A stretch of 64,000 nt of DNA from an uncultured Bacillota bacterium (GCA_947168485.1 CAMVLZ010000001.1:39705-103704), one strand, 5' to 3'; shown: positions 1 through 8,627, counted from the stretch's first letter. Translations and numbers: made by a program. The notes: generated from the sequence alone by a model not told the origin.

Positions 1-204
1 AACTATTTTAAATTTTAACTCGTCTATCTCTTTGTTTTTTGCTCTTATTTCTTTCATATGCTCATTTTTTGATTTTCTATATATTTCCTGTAATTGTTTA
101 TATCTTTTTCTTGTTTCTTGATAACCTAACATATTACCTCCAAAATTGTATTTCTAAACATATAACTAAAAGTATTATTCCTCCTACTATAAGTATTCTT
201 GCTA

Positions 205-585
205 TCATTTATTCTCCTCTAAATAGTCTATTATTTCATTGATTTTATCTGCAATTATTTTTTGTGGTGTTGATATATTATAACTATGTTTTTCTCCATA
301 TACTTTCCATTTCCAATTATTTTTGCAATTCTTTTCATTTCTTATATCTAACTTTTTTATCTTTTTATCTTCTTCTATTATTTCAAATACTTTAGGATTA
401 ATAACCCAATCTTTGCCTTCTATCATAATTATATAATTATCCATACCACTCATTTGTTCAACTTCAAATGTTTTATTCTCATCATAATACTTTTGTAAAA
501 ATAACATAGTATCATATTTACAACCATTCCAGCTATCTTCTTTTAAATCTACTAAATTGATATTCTCTTTTATTTTTACTTTCAT
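205..585 (-). CDS. Hypothetical phage protein
   Basis: ORF translationally coupled to the upstream small-gene array, with a GGAG RBS. Confidence 0.5.
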   Translation of the reverse strand: MKVKIKENINLVDLKEDSWNGCKYDTMLFLQKYYDENKTFEVEQMSGMDNYIIMIEGKDWVINPKVFEIIEEDKKIKKLDIRNEKNCKNNWKWKVYGEKHSYNISTPQKIIADKINEIIDYLEENK

Positions 586-588
586 TCT

Positions 589-849
589 TTATTCTCCTTT
601 ATCTGCTTTATCTAATATTTCTAACAATAACTTTGTTTTTACAATATCTTCATTTGTAAAATTATCTTCATAATACATTTTTTCTTTTTCTATATATTCT
701 CTTGCTTCTTTTATGATATTATTTAGTCTTTTTACTTCTTGTTCTTGAAACATATAACTTGTTATTAAATCGTCAGGTGTTTTTTGTAATAATTCTTTTG
801 TTCTTTTTCTAACTTCTTCTTCGGTCATCATAAGTCTTTTTTCACTCAC
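589..849 (-). CDS. Small coiled-coil phage protein (paralogue family; EVKRLNNII motif; C-terminus ADKGE)
   Basis: GTG start overlaps the upstream stop as GTGA. It shares the E(I/V)xRLNNII motif with ORFs at 1103 and 1417. Confidence 0.6.
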   Translation of the reverse strand: MSEKRLMMTEEEVRKRTKELLQKTPDDLITSYMFQEQEVKRLNNIIKEAREYIEKEKMYYEDNFTNEDIVKTKLLLEILDKADKGE

Positions 850-1106
850 TCTTTATCACTTCCTTTTAGTTCATCTAATTTATCTAAAACATTGTCATAG
901 TCATTACTATAACTTTTTTCTACTTGTTCTATGAGATATTTTTCTAATTCATTTATGATATTATCTTTTTTATCTAAATCTTCTAATGCTTGTTCATAAT
1001 TAATTGATAATCTTTCTAATTCATTAAACAATTCATTAAATGCTTCAACAGGAATAACATAAGTTCCACCTTTTTTATAATATTTATCATAATCACTTTC
1101 ATTCAC
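846..1106 (-). CDS. Small coiled-coil phage protein (C-terminus GSDKE)
   Basis: GTGA stop/start overlap at both ends. The conserved junction repeat encodes the GSDKE tail. Confidence 0.6.
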   Translation of the reverse strand: MNESDYDKYYKKGGTYVIPVEAFNELFNELERLSINYEQALEDLDKKDNIINELEKYLIEQVEKSYSNDYDNVLDKLDELKGSDKE

Positions 1107-1462
1107 TCTTTATCACTTCCTTTAATAATTTTAAGTATGTCATCTTTGAAGTCATTTATTTCAAACTCATAACTCATACCATAATAATATTTGATTAATA
1201 TTTCGTGATTAAACATTTTTTCTATCTCATTTATGATATTGTTTAGTCTTTCTATTTCTTCATTTTGTTTTTTCATTATGTATTGTGCTATTACTTGGTC
1301 TTTTTCTCTTACATATACTTTTAAATATTCATCAACAATACTTTGCCAATTTTTATCTATGTCTATAATATCTTCATCAGTTACCAACATATTTGTTATT
1401 TTATAAACTTCTTCACTCATATATTCTCCTTTAATTTTTGTAGTTTTTCTAATACTTCCCAA
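1103..1462 (-). CDS. Small coiled-coil phage protein (EIERLNNII motif; C-terminus GSDKE). The real start is probably the internal MSEEV at about 1420, which would make an ATGA overlap.
   Basis: Paralogue motif, junction repeat, and 46-nt overlap with the upstream ORF if the first M is used. Confidence 0.55.
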   Translation of the reverse strand: MGSIRKTTKIKGEYMSEEVYKITNMLVTDEDIIDIDKNWQSIVDEYLKVYVREKDQVIAQYIMKKQNEEIERLNNIINEIEKMFNHEILIKYYYGMSYEFEINDFKDDILKIIKGSDKE

Positions 1463-1800
1463 TAATTATCATCTTGTAAAGCGTTTTTATTTTTATCTTC
1501 TAACCACTTTTCTAATTCATTTATGATAGATTTATAATCTTCTTTTACTTCTCTTTCAGTAGTATATAAAGTCAATAATTCTTCATTTTTATTATTTAGT
1601 CTTTCTATTTCTTTTAAATGTTTTGTTATCGTTTTGTTGTGTTCTACTATTGTTATTGTATATTTTAATTCTTCTTTTAGTCTTTCTATTTCTTGTTGTT
1701 GTTTTTGCACTTCTTCATTATATTCACATATTAAGTCTGTTATTTCTTCCATTCTATTCATCATTTTTACTGGAGTTTCTGCTAGTTTTCTATTAATCAC
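1417..1800 (-). CDS. Small coiled-coil phage protein (EIERLNN motifs)
   Basis: GTG start is coupled to the upstream stop, and the sequence is heptad-rich. Confidence 0.55.
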   Translation of the reverse strand: MINRKLAETPVKMMNRMEEITDLICEYNEEVQKQQQEIERLKEELKYTITIVEHNKTITKHLKEIERLNNKNEELLTLYTTEREVKEDYKSIINELEKWLEDKNKNALQDDNYWEVLEKLQKLKENI

Positions 1801-2036
1801 TCTTTATCACTTCCTAAAGTTTCTTCTAACCATTGTTCTTCACTTATTTCTAATGCATGTAATTCTTTTTTTAATTGTCTATTTTCTTTTTCTATTTTTT
1901 CTATATAATCTTGTAATTCTTTGCTTTCTTCTTTGTTTAACACAAATCTCATAGGTTCTTCTAACTCAGATATAGTTCTATATAGTCTATTACTATTAAC
2001 TAATCTTTCAAATATTTCTTTCATCATTTCACTCAC
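1797..2036 (-). CDS. Small phage protein (C-terminus GSDKE)
   Basis: Junction repeat at both ends, with a GTG start. Confidence 0.55.
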   Translation of the reverse strand: MSEMMKEIFERLVNSNRLYRTISELEEPMRFVLNKEESKELQDYIEKIEKENRQLKKELHALEISEEQWLEETLGSDKE

Positions 2037-2257
2037 TCTTTATCACTTCCCTTTAGTGTTTCTCTTTTATAAAGCAACTTATATATTTCTTGATATAATT
2101 CTTCATCTACTTTAAATCTAATCATATAATTGTTTATAATTTTATTTAATTCTTCTTCTGGTAATTCATATAGACTTGCTTCACACCCTACTCTTTTATC
2201 TATTCCACCAAAGTTCATTATGTTAATATAATGATAAAATTTAGTTTCATTATTCAC
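2033..2257 (-). CDS. Small phage protein (C-terminus GSDKE)
   Basis: The ORF ends in the conserved junction repeat. Confidence 0.5.
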   Translation of the reverse strand: MNNETKFYHYINIMNFGGIDKRVGCEASLYELPEEELNKIINNYMIRFKVDEELYQEIYKLLYKRETLKGSDKE

Positions 2258-2356
2258 TTGCTCATCTCCCTTATCACTAGTAGCAACATTGTTGTTGCAT
2301 AACTTATTCCAAATCCTATGAATAATCCTATTAATAAATAATCCATATTTCCCTCC

Positions 2357-2545
2357 TTATTCTTCTAGTAATATTAATTCACGTCTATTATTTCCTTTAC
2401 ACCTTTTCTTATATGTTGGAGTTGAATAAAAATATACTGTATAAGGTTTTATTCCTAGCTGCTGCGATAATTCGTATTTTGTTCCTATTCCTAAACATTC
2501 TTCTCCTTTATATAATGCGTATACTTTTTTACTTTTTGTTCTCAT
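2357..2545 (-). CDS. Small putative HTH DNA-binding protein
   Basis: The segment ELSQQLGIKPYTVYFY resembles a helix-turn-helix, and the protein is basic. Confidence 0.3.
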   Translation of the reverse strand: MRTKSKKVYALYKGEECLGIGTKYELSQQLGIKPYTVYFYSTPTYKKRCKGNNRRELILLEE

Positions 2546-2832
2546 TTCTTTCTCCCTTTTACCACGTTGTTATAATATTCTTTTTTATATAATTGATCTT
2601 CTCTTTCTTTATTGCTTTCGTAATGTGTATATTCCAGACTATCTTTTATATAATTTTGCTTTGGTACTATTCCTTCTGCGCGTTTGATTAAAATATCTAT
2701 TCTTTGAATATCGTAGTATGTATCGTCAAATTTTCCTTGCTTAACTTTTGTTTTTGCTTTCATTTCTTTTGCATATTTTAAATATCGTATAAATTCTCTT
2801 TTTTCATAAGAAGTACATTTTATTTCTTCCAT
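2542..2832 (-). CDS. Hypothetical phage protein
   Basis: ORF with a 4-nt overlap with the downstream gene. Confidence 0.45.
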   Translation of the reverse strand: MEEIKCTSYEKREFIRYLKYAKEMKAKTKVKQGKFDDTYYDIQRIDILIKRAEGIVPKQNYIKDSLEYTHYESNKEREDQLYKKEYYNNVVKGRKK

Positions 2833-2834
2833 AA

Positions 2835-3129
2835 GTTCCTCCTATAAATAATTCCTTCGATATCTCTTTATAAAGTCTTCAATAGTTGCATTATAATATT
2901 CCAACCAAACCTTTTCGCATTCCCTTTTTACTTCTAAATCGAATTTTTTATCGAAATGTATTCCTTTATCACTCATATTATGGTGTCTAGGACATAACCA
3001 GATCCAGCAACCGTCTTTATCTGAATTTTTTCTATTTCTTCCTTCAAATATATGGTGTTGGTGGAGTGCTATGGTTCGTTTACATTTATAGCACTCCTTT
3101 TTATCTTGTAATAATGATTTCTTTAAATA
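2835..3129 (-). pseudogene. HNH endonuclease-like reading frame with no canonical start codon upstream of the CxxC motif. It may be a pseudogene, may use a non-canonical start, or may be translated by recoding.
   Basis: The translated sequence YLKKSLLQDKKECYKCKRTIALHQHHIFEGRNRKNSDKDGCWIWLCPRHHNMSDKG... contains CxxC, HH and C..HH, the hallmarks of a phage HNH. An AAAGGAG RBS sits directly before the TGC codon. The frame is offset by +1 from the upstream gene, which ends at 3123. Confidence 0.45.
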
Positions 3130-3455
3130 TCAGCTCCATACTCTCTTTGTATTTGATTTTCCATTATTCTTATTTGTAATTTAAGAACATTTATTGCTTC
3201 TTGATTACTTTTATATATTGCTTCTTTTACGTCTCTTTTAAATCTTTTATCAGCAACTTCAGGAATACCATATACTATTTGTTGTATTAATGTGACTGCC
3301 ATTCCTTTTTCGCTTCTTAACTTTAATGCTTCTTGTCTTAATGTTATTTTGTAGTCTCTTTCAGCTTCTGCAAATTCAGTACCTGTTTCACGTAGTTTTT
3401 TTAAACTTATATTAAGTTCTTGTATTTTTTTCTCTAATTCTTGAAATAGATCCAT
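3123..3455 (-). CDS. Hypothetical phage protein
   Basis: ORF. Confidence 0.45.
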   Translation of the reverse strand: MDLFQELEKKIQELNISLKKLRETGTEFAEAERDYKITLRQEALKLRSEKGMAVTLIQQIVYGIPEVADKRFKRDVKEAIYKSNQEAINVLKLQIRIMENQIQREYGADI

Positions 3456-3463
3456 AATACCTC

Positions 3464-3943
3464 CTAACCATATACTTTACCTTCTAATAGTGATAATCCC
3501 TTAATTCTACTACTAGGATTATTGTTTAAATATTCTACTGATTCTTTACACAATTTAGGTGCTACTATTAATCCATAAGTTTCGTTTTTCCATGGAATAA
3601 ATCTTTTTTTATTAGTGTTGCTTTCTATTGTTTCTTTTAAATGTTCCATATATCTTGCAATTTGAGATAAAGTTTTTAATGGTGCAACTTTATTTTTTAG
3701 TTCGATTACTATATATTGATAACCTAGACAATTATTGATTTTAAATAACATATCTATTATGTCTTTCCTTTCATTAATTGGAACTTGACAACCTATGTAT
3801 TCAATATCTTCTACACCTTCATATATTTTTTTTAACATATCTATAAATTGTTCTCTTTGATCCCGAAAGTATAATTCCATTTCTTTTTCAGTTTCAAATT
3901 CAAACATAATGATTACACCTTCTTCTCCTTTAATAGTTCCCAT
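3464..3943 (-). CDS. Putative PD-(D/E)xK-fold nuclease-like protein. The start is probably MFEFETE at about 3907.
   Basis: IIDML...VIELKNK fits a D...E-x-K motif with an acidic residue upstream. It lies in the phage recombination region. Confidence 0.35.
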   Translation of the reverse strand: MGTIKGEEGVIIMFEFETEKEMELYFRDQREQFIDMLKKIYEGVEDIEYIGCQVPINERKDIIDMLFKINNCLGYQYIVIELKNKVAPLKTLSQIARYMEHLKETIESNTNKKRFIPWKNETYGLIVAPKLCKESVEYLNNNPSSRIKGLSLLEGKVYG

Positions 3944-4051
3944 ATATAATGTCTTTGTAATTCTATTAATTTATTTTTTTCTTCTATGATTTTGTATAAA
4001 CTTGTTGTTTCTTTATTTAATTCTTTTAATATTTTTTCTAATTGCTCTAAA

Positions 4052-4267
4052 TTATTCATTCCCTACATTTCCTTTTATAACTTCAAAATATACTAGTTTT
4101 TCATAAGCATGTTTATTATGTGCTATGTCATTCTTCCCTACTTTTTCAAATTTATATATATCAGTTAGAGGATTATATACTGCATAATCAGTTCCTTCTG
4201 GCATTTCTAATATTTGCTCTTTTGTTATTTCTTTTCCAACTTCCATATTTATCTCCTCTTTTCCCAA
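4052..4267 (-). CDS. Hypothetical small phage protein
   Basis: ORF. Confidence 0.4.
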   Translation of the reverse strand: MGKEEINMEVGKEITKEQILEMPEGTDYAVYNPLTDIYKFEKVGKNDIAHNKHAYEKLVYFEVIKGNVGNE

Positions 4268-4764
4268 CTAAACTTTTCAAATACTGTATCAAAGTAGTCG
4301 TCTTCCCACATTAGATTAAACATTTTCTTTTTAACTTTTCCATTGCAATAATCTGATACTGTTTGTCTTGATATAAACAATTTTTCAGCTGCTTTTCTAC
4401 TACTTCTCCAACTTCTTACTATTTCGTTGTCTTTTATTTCTACAACCCTTTTACTTGCTGCTATATGTCCTGTTTTTTTTCCTAATTCCTTTGGACTTAA
4501 TATTTCCAAATTACGCCAATGATTATCGAACGCTAATCCGTTTTTGTGATATACTTGTTCGTTATTATTTAATGGTTTGATAAATGCAGAAGCTACTAAT
4601 CTAGCAGCATTCATACATTTATCGTTTATCTTAACAACATATAAATTATGCTTTTTATATGGTTTTAAGTATCTATAACCTTTTTTATTTCTTTTTCTAA
4701 ATCTTCCTAGATTAGATACTTCGTATCTTGGATCATATTGTATTTGCTTCCAGGTTTCATACAT
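4249..4764 (-). CDS. HNH homing endonuclease (NUMOD4 + HNH_3 + NUMOD1/IENR-like HTH)
   Basis: YEVSNLGRFR (NUMOD4); VASAFIKPLNNNEQVYHKNGLAFDNHWRNLEI (HNH_3); C-terminal ISRQTVSDYCNGK. Confidence 0.8.
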   Translation of the reverse strand: MYETWKQIQYDPRYEVSNLGRFRKRNKKGYRYLKPYKKHNLYVVKINDKCMNAARLVASAFIKPLNNNEQVYHKNGLAFDNHWRNLEILSPKELGKKTGHIAASKRVVEIKDNEIVRSWRSSRKAAEKLFISRQTVSDYCNGKVKKKMFNLMWEDDYFDTVFEKFSWEKRR

Positions 4765-4773
4765 ATACCACTC

Positions 4774-5142
4774 CTAGAATGGTAAATCATCATCAGTAAT
4801 CTCAATTTGCTCGAAGTTTGCTTCTGTTTTAATTGAATTACCAAAGTCTTTATAAGGATTTGTCTCTTTTGTCTCTGGTTTTGGTTCAGCTAATACTTCA
4901 AAGTCATTTATGAATATAAATGGAAATGTTTTATTCTCGTTAGTATTAAAGCTTAACCACGCTTCTTTTACTTTTATTCTTGTTTTATTATTTATTACTA
5001 CGTCTCTTTGAAATTTAACTGACATATAACCATTTTCATAACTACCATTTTTATTTTTCTTTGATAGTCTTATGCTATAAAGTTTTCTTCCTTCTATTTC
5101 TTTTACAAATACCATTACTATAAAATTTCCTTTAAAATCCAT
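4774..5142 (-). CDS. SSB-like protein with a C-terminal acidic DDDLPF tail
   Basis: The last six residues, DDDLPF, match the SSB protein-interaction tip DDDIPF. The N-terminal region is not a canonical SSB OB fold. Confidence 0.5.
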   Translation of the reverse strand: MDFKGNFIVMVFVKEIEGRKLYSIRLSKKNKNGSYENGYMSVKFQRDVVINNKTRIKVKEAWLSFNTNENKTFPFIFINDFEVLAEPKPETKETNPYKDFGNSIKTEANFEQIEITDDDLPF

Positions 5143-5178
5143 TATTCCACTCCTAACTCTAAAAATTCTTTTATTTCT

Positions 5179-5385
5179 TTAATTTCTTTTTCTTTGTTCC
5201 AGTCTTCTAAATCTTCCTTCTTTTCCAGGAATAATTATGTTTGAGTATTTATTTAATAATTCACTCATTCTTGCTGTTGCTTCATAACCTACAAAGTATT
5301 TACCACTTTGAAAGTCTTTAGCAGTCCAATATTTTTTGTTTGGATTATCTAACATTGCTTTTAATATTCTATTGTGTTGTGTCAT
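5179..5385 (-). CDS. Hypothetical phage protein
   Basis: ORF. Confidence 0.4.
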   Translation of the reverse strand: MTQHNRILKAMLDNPNKKYWTAKDFQSGKYFVGYEATARMSELLNKYSNIIIPGKEGRFRRLEQRKRN

Positions 5386-5511
5386 TTTTCTTCACTTCCT
5401 TTATTACTACTTTTATTTCTTTTTTATCTCCGTCACATTCAAAGTCAGTATGTTTATATGTGTCTATTTCTTCTAATGTAAACTTTGAATAATCAAAGTA
5501 TATTGGTTTCA
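5375..5511 (-). CDS. Small ORF of about 45 aa (MKPIYFDYSKFTLEEIDTYKHTDFECDGDKKEIKVVIKEVKKNDTTQ)
   Basis: The ATG overlaps the stop of the Sak-like gene (ATGA-type coupling), and the end overlaps the start of the next gene. Confidence 0.35.
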
Positions 5512-6249
5512 TTATTTCCCTTCTTTCTTTTTATATGTTTCGCCTAATATTCTTACAGCTTCTTCTTTTTCTTTATATGTAAGTTGACTATCTACTTGTT
5601 TTCCAAAGTATTCATATAACTTACTACGTTCAAAGTTTTTGTCTATATCTTCTGCTTTCTCAATTGCTTTTTTAAGTTTTAAAGTTGTTTTATTTAGTTC
5701 TTGATCTAATTCTTTACTAACTTGTGTAAATCTTTCGTTGCCTTTGTTATCACGTATTATTAAATCTTTGATATTTCCTAAATCATCATAAGTGATTATT
5801 TCTACGTTAAATCTAGTCTTTGTTGTATATTTACCTTCTTTATATTCGTAGAATTCGTCTACTTCTTTTCCTTTGTCTTTGTATTTAATATCTTTTCTCG
5901 GAAATATGAATATACTAGGTGCTGTATATAGTTCTCTACCTATTCCCCAATTGAAACAAGCTCTTTTGAAACTATCACTTGCTAATCCTTTTTCAGCTTC
6001 AGTATTACTTTCAGTTCCTGTGTCTTCTTTTTCAACCCATTGTTTCTTTTCTTCATCCCATATTCCTACGATACAATTGGCGTTATCTCTGACATATCTT
6101 TTTTGCCAATTCATACAACCTACTGTTTCATCTAATATGTTTTGATCTACTCTTGCGTCTTTATAAAGTAGTAAAGTACACCAATTCTTTTCTATTTGTG
6201 ATACTCTACAATCTATTTCTTCAGCTCTTAATTTCCTAAATTTTTGCAT
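5512..6249 (-). CDS. Rad52/Sak-family single-strand annealing protein
   Basis: GLASDSFKRACFNWGIGRELY matches the Rad52/22 signature. Confidence 0.7.
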   Translation of the reverse strand: MQKFRKLRAEEIDCRVSQIEKNWCTLLLYKDARVDQNILDETVGCMNWQKRYVRDNANCIVGIWDEEKKQWVEKEDTGTESNTEAEKGLASDSFKRACFNWGIGRELYTAPSIFIFPRKDIKYKDKGKEVDEFYEYKEGKYTTKTRFNVEIITYDDLGNIKDLIIRDNKGNERFTQVSKELDQELNKTTLKLKKAIEKAEDIDKNFERSKLYEYFGKQVDSQLTYKEKEEAVRILGETYKKKEGK

Positions 6250-6479
6250 TTTTTAATCTCCTTCTTTAATTTGGTATTTTCTTCTTTTAGTTTTAAATTT
6301 AATTCTAATAATTCTTGTAATCTATCGTTGAATATATCTTGTTGTTTAATTCTTACTCTTTTCTCCGTGTTTAATTCCAGAACTTTATGTTCTAATTCTT
6401 CACATTTAACGTCATACTTTAACTCTAGTGTGTTGTACTTCTTTCTAGTTTTTAAATGTTCGTAGATTTTATCTATCAT
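6228..6479 (-). CDS. Hypothetical coiled-coil phage protein
   Basis: ORF. Confidence 0.4.
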   Translation of the reverse strand: MIDKIYEHLKTRKKYNTLELKYDVKCEELEHKVLELNTEKRVRIKQQDIFNDRLQELLELNLKLKEENTKLKKEIKKCKNLGN

Positions 6480-6714
6480 ATTTACACACTCCGAATTGTT
6501 GCCATACTGGTATTTGTCTATAATTGTCTTCTATATCTTGTTCTCTATCTTCTATCTTTTCTTCTAATCTATGAACTTCATATTCTAAATCTTCGATAGC
6601 AGCTATTAAACTTTCTATCTTTACATAATTTCTTTTTCTTCCATAATCAGTTCCCATTTCATTTTCTACTCTTTCTAATACTTCCTTTGAGTAGTTATCT
6701 AATTCAATTCTCAT
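6469..6714 (-). CDS. Hypothetical phage protein
   Basis: ORF. Confidence 0.4.
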   Translation of the reverse strand: MRIELDNYSKEVLERVENEMGTDYGRKRNYVKIESLIAAIEDLEYEVHRLEEKIEDREQDIEDNYRQIPVWQQFGVCKYDR

Positions 6715-7111
6715 TCTTTTTCATCTCCCTTAATAAATTAATTTTGAATATGTCTTTGTTATCTACAAAAGGCATTCCTTTATATGTATTCTTTTTCTTG
6801 TTATGATATTCCATTAATACGTTGCTAGGTTCTATATTCTCTATGCAAATAACGTCTTTGTATGTTGAATATATAATCTTAATATCTCCATATATTTGTC
6901 TGAATGTATTGTTTGTGTTTAGTAATAATTCATGTTGTCCTAATTCTTTATTGAATTCTAATTTTTTAAATATGAATTGTTTGTACGCTATCATATTTAC
7001 TTCTTTTAAACCTCTAACTAACTTTCTACATTGTGTTTCATCTAAATATGTAATGTTTAAATCATTAATTCTTCTAGGTAATATCTTTTTAAAAACTTCT
7101 TCTTTATTCAT
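6704..7111 (-). CDS. Hypothetical phage protein
   Basis: ORF. Confidence 0.45.
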   Translation of the reverse strand: MNKEEVFKKILPRRINDLNITYLDETQCRKLVRGLKEVNMIAYKQFIFKKLEFNKELGQHELLLNTNNTFRQIYGDIKIIYSTYKDVICIENIEPSNVLMEYHNKKKNTYKGMPFVDNKDIFKINLLREMKKNEN

Positions 7112-7617
7112 AGTTCTGCACTTCCTAAAAGTTTTAAGTTTGGACTTCCTATTTGGATCAATTCCTTTTCTCTTTCTTTTAATTGGTTGTATTCAGCTAT
7201 AAACTCTTTTCTATTCCAAGTATTGTCACTACTCATACAAATTATTTGATAACCTATATGATTTACTATGTACGCTGTATAAGGTTTTAAACTTTCTAAT
7301 GCTTTGTCTTGTCTATATGTTCCATATCTATGAACTACTTTTAACACTTCTTCCCATTCGTCTTCAGCACTTGGAATATCAGAAGTTTGATTATTTGCAA
7401 TTTCTTTTTTTACTTGTGATATAGTTGGAAAATAATCATATTTGTTAATTATATTTCTTATTGCTTTATTGAATTCTTGCTCTGGTGTATCTTTAAAGAA
7501 CTCATACCAGGCATTTATCATCATTTGCATTTCTTGTTTTGTATTTTCTTTTAGTGCGTTTTGATAATTAGTTTTCAATAAAGTAATTGCTTTAATTATT
7601 GTTTCTTTGTTCGTCAT
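7108..7617 (-). CDS. G39P-like replicative helicase loader/inhibitor
   Basis: N-terminal MTNKETIIKAITLLKTNY...AWYEFFKD...YDYFPTISQVKKEI resembles the SPP1 G39P family. Confidence 0.6.
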   Translation of the reverse strand: MTNKETIIKAITLLKTNYQNALKENTKQEMQMMINAWYEFFKDTPEQEFNKAIRNIINKYDYFPTISQVKKEIANNQTSDIPSAEDEWEEVLKVVHRYGTYRQDKALESLKPYTAYIVNHIGYQIICMSSDNTWNRKEFIAEYNQLKEREKELIQIGSPNLKLLGSAEL

Positions 7618-8296
7618 ATATTTCTTGCATAGTTTCTAAAAAACTACCTTCTCCCTTCTTGGTTTTGTTAAACCATTTTTCTCTAATAGATTTCCTTAAT
7701 ACTAAATTGAAATTTGTATATTTATTTTTGTTGTTATTACTTTCTACGTATTCGTCTAGTAATTCTATTTGTTTGTTTATAAACTCCTCGCCGAACTCCT
7801 CTACTAATCTTGTGTACTCATCATCAGTAAGAGTTATTCTTTTATAAGTTCCATATTTGTGCTTTATATATGTATTTTTATTATTATTAGTATTTATATA
7901 TTTATTATTAATAGTATTTGTCTCCTGTTTTACCACTTGTGGTTTTATAGGTATTGTGGTTTTAGGTATTGTGGTTTTATCAATTAAATAATTAACTTTT
8001 ACATACCAACCAACAACTTTTCCTTTATCATCGGTTCTCCTTACGTTTTCTATTAAATTCATTTCTTTTAATTTCTGCTTTGCATTTTGAAGTTTATCAA
8101 TTCCCCAATGTAAACACTTTTTGCAATATTCATCACTTGCTTTTATTGGATTATGTTTTTGCCATTTAGCTGTTTTGTAATAAAACAAATAAAGTGTTAA
8201 TACATTCAGATTTTCTTCATTAAATAATCTTTCTATTGTTGTCCTGTTGATAATTAATAATTCATCCGAAATATCTAATAGTTCTAATTCTTCCAT
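7592..8296 (-). CDS. Phage replisome organizer / origin-binding protein with internal iterons
   Basis: The C-terminal YGTYKRITLTDDEYTRLVEEFGEEFINKQIELLDEY region resembles replisome-organizer proteins, and a direct DNA repeat lies inside the gene. Confidence 0.55.
   Translation of the reverse strand: MEELELLDISDELLIINRTTIERLFNEENLNVLTLYLFYYKTAKWQKHNPIKASDEYCKKCLHWGIDKLQNAKQKLKEMNLIENVRRTDDKGKVVGWYVKVNYLIDKTTIPKTTIPIKPQVVKQETNTINNKYINTNNNKNTYIKHKYGTYKRITLTDDEYTRLVEEFGEEFINKQIELLDEYVESNNNKNKYTNFNLVLRKSIREKWFNKTKKGEGSFLETMQEIYDEQRNNN
7934..7978. repeat. Three tandem 15-nt iterons. AGGTATTGTGGTTTT occurs twice perfectly (7949-7963 and 7964-7978), with a partial copy at 7934-7946. This is the putative phage origin, inside the organizer gene.
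   Basis: Direct repeat seen in the sequence. On the coding strand it gives the TTIPKTTIPIKP peptide repeat. Confidence 0.6.
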
Positions 8297-8317
8297 TTCT
8301 TTCTTAAGTCATCCCTC

Positions 8318-8527
8318 CTAACTGTTTCTAATTGACATTTCTAATTGAACTAAATAGCTGATTACTACTAGATTTACTCCACAACCGAAGTATGTAAGAC
8401 TTGGTAAGTGTCCTCCGTTATAGAATGGTGCTAATACAAAGAATGCAAACTCATATAGTAAAAATCCAGTACAAACAACTCCTAATATTAATTCAAATAT
8501 TCTCATTCCCATTTTTATCTTTTTCAT
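8318..8527 (-). CDS. Small membrane protein
   Basis: Two hydrophobic helices. Confidence 0.4.
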   Translation of the reverse strand: MKKIKMGMRIFELILGVVCTGFLLYEFAFFVLAPFYNGGHLPSLTYFGCGVNLVVISYLVQLEMSIRNS

Positions 8528-8627
8528 TTTTCTTTACCTCTTTTCTATTGATTTTTTCGAGGTTTTTGGTATAATACACGTGAAACCTCTTAACGTGAGT
8601 GTTTTATAAGAGTAATGACGTTGGTGT

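Larger units (their letters stand above)
838..2050 (-). repeat. Conserved gene-junction cassette GGAAGTGATAAAGAGTGA(G/A)TG at four gene boundaries. Plus-strand copies of CACTCTTTATCACTTCC lie at 847-863, 1104-1120, 1798-1814 and 2034-2050.
   Basis: The 17-nt core is identical in all four copies, and 22-24 nt are identical at 840-863 and 2028-2050. Each copy encodes the GSDKE-stop of the upstream gene and the RBS plus GTG start of the next. Confidence 0.85.

Noticed and set aside
1634-2115. Plus-strand ORFs 1634-1954 and 1921-2115 in the prophage
   Set aside because: They are antisense shadows of the tightly packed minus-strand small-gene array. They are hydrophobic, low-complexity translations with no RBS.
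7934-7978. Possible CRISPR array from repeated GGTATTGTGGTTTT
   Set aside because: There are only 2-3 contiguous copies with no spacers, located inside a coding region. Iterons explain them better.
8528-8627. Possible small RNA or promoter (TTGATT-17-TATAAT followed by a CACGTG-centred hairpin) between two minus-strand phage genes
   Set aside because: The promoter points opposite to the flanking genes and the hairpin is weak. The evidence is insufficient without transcript data.
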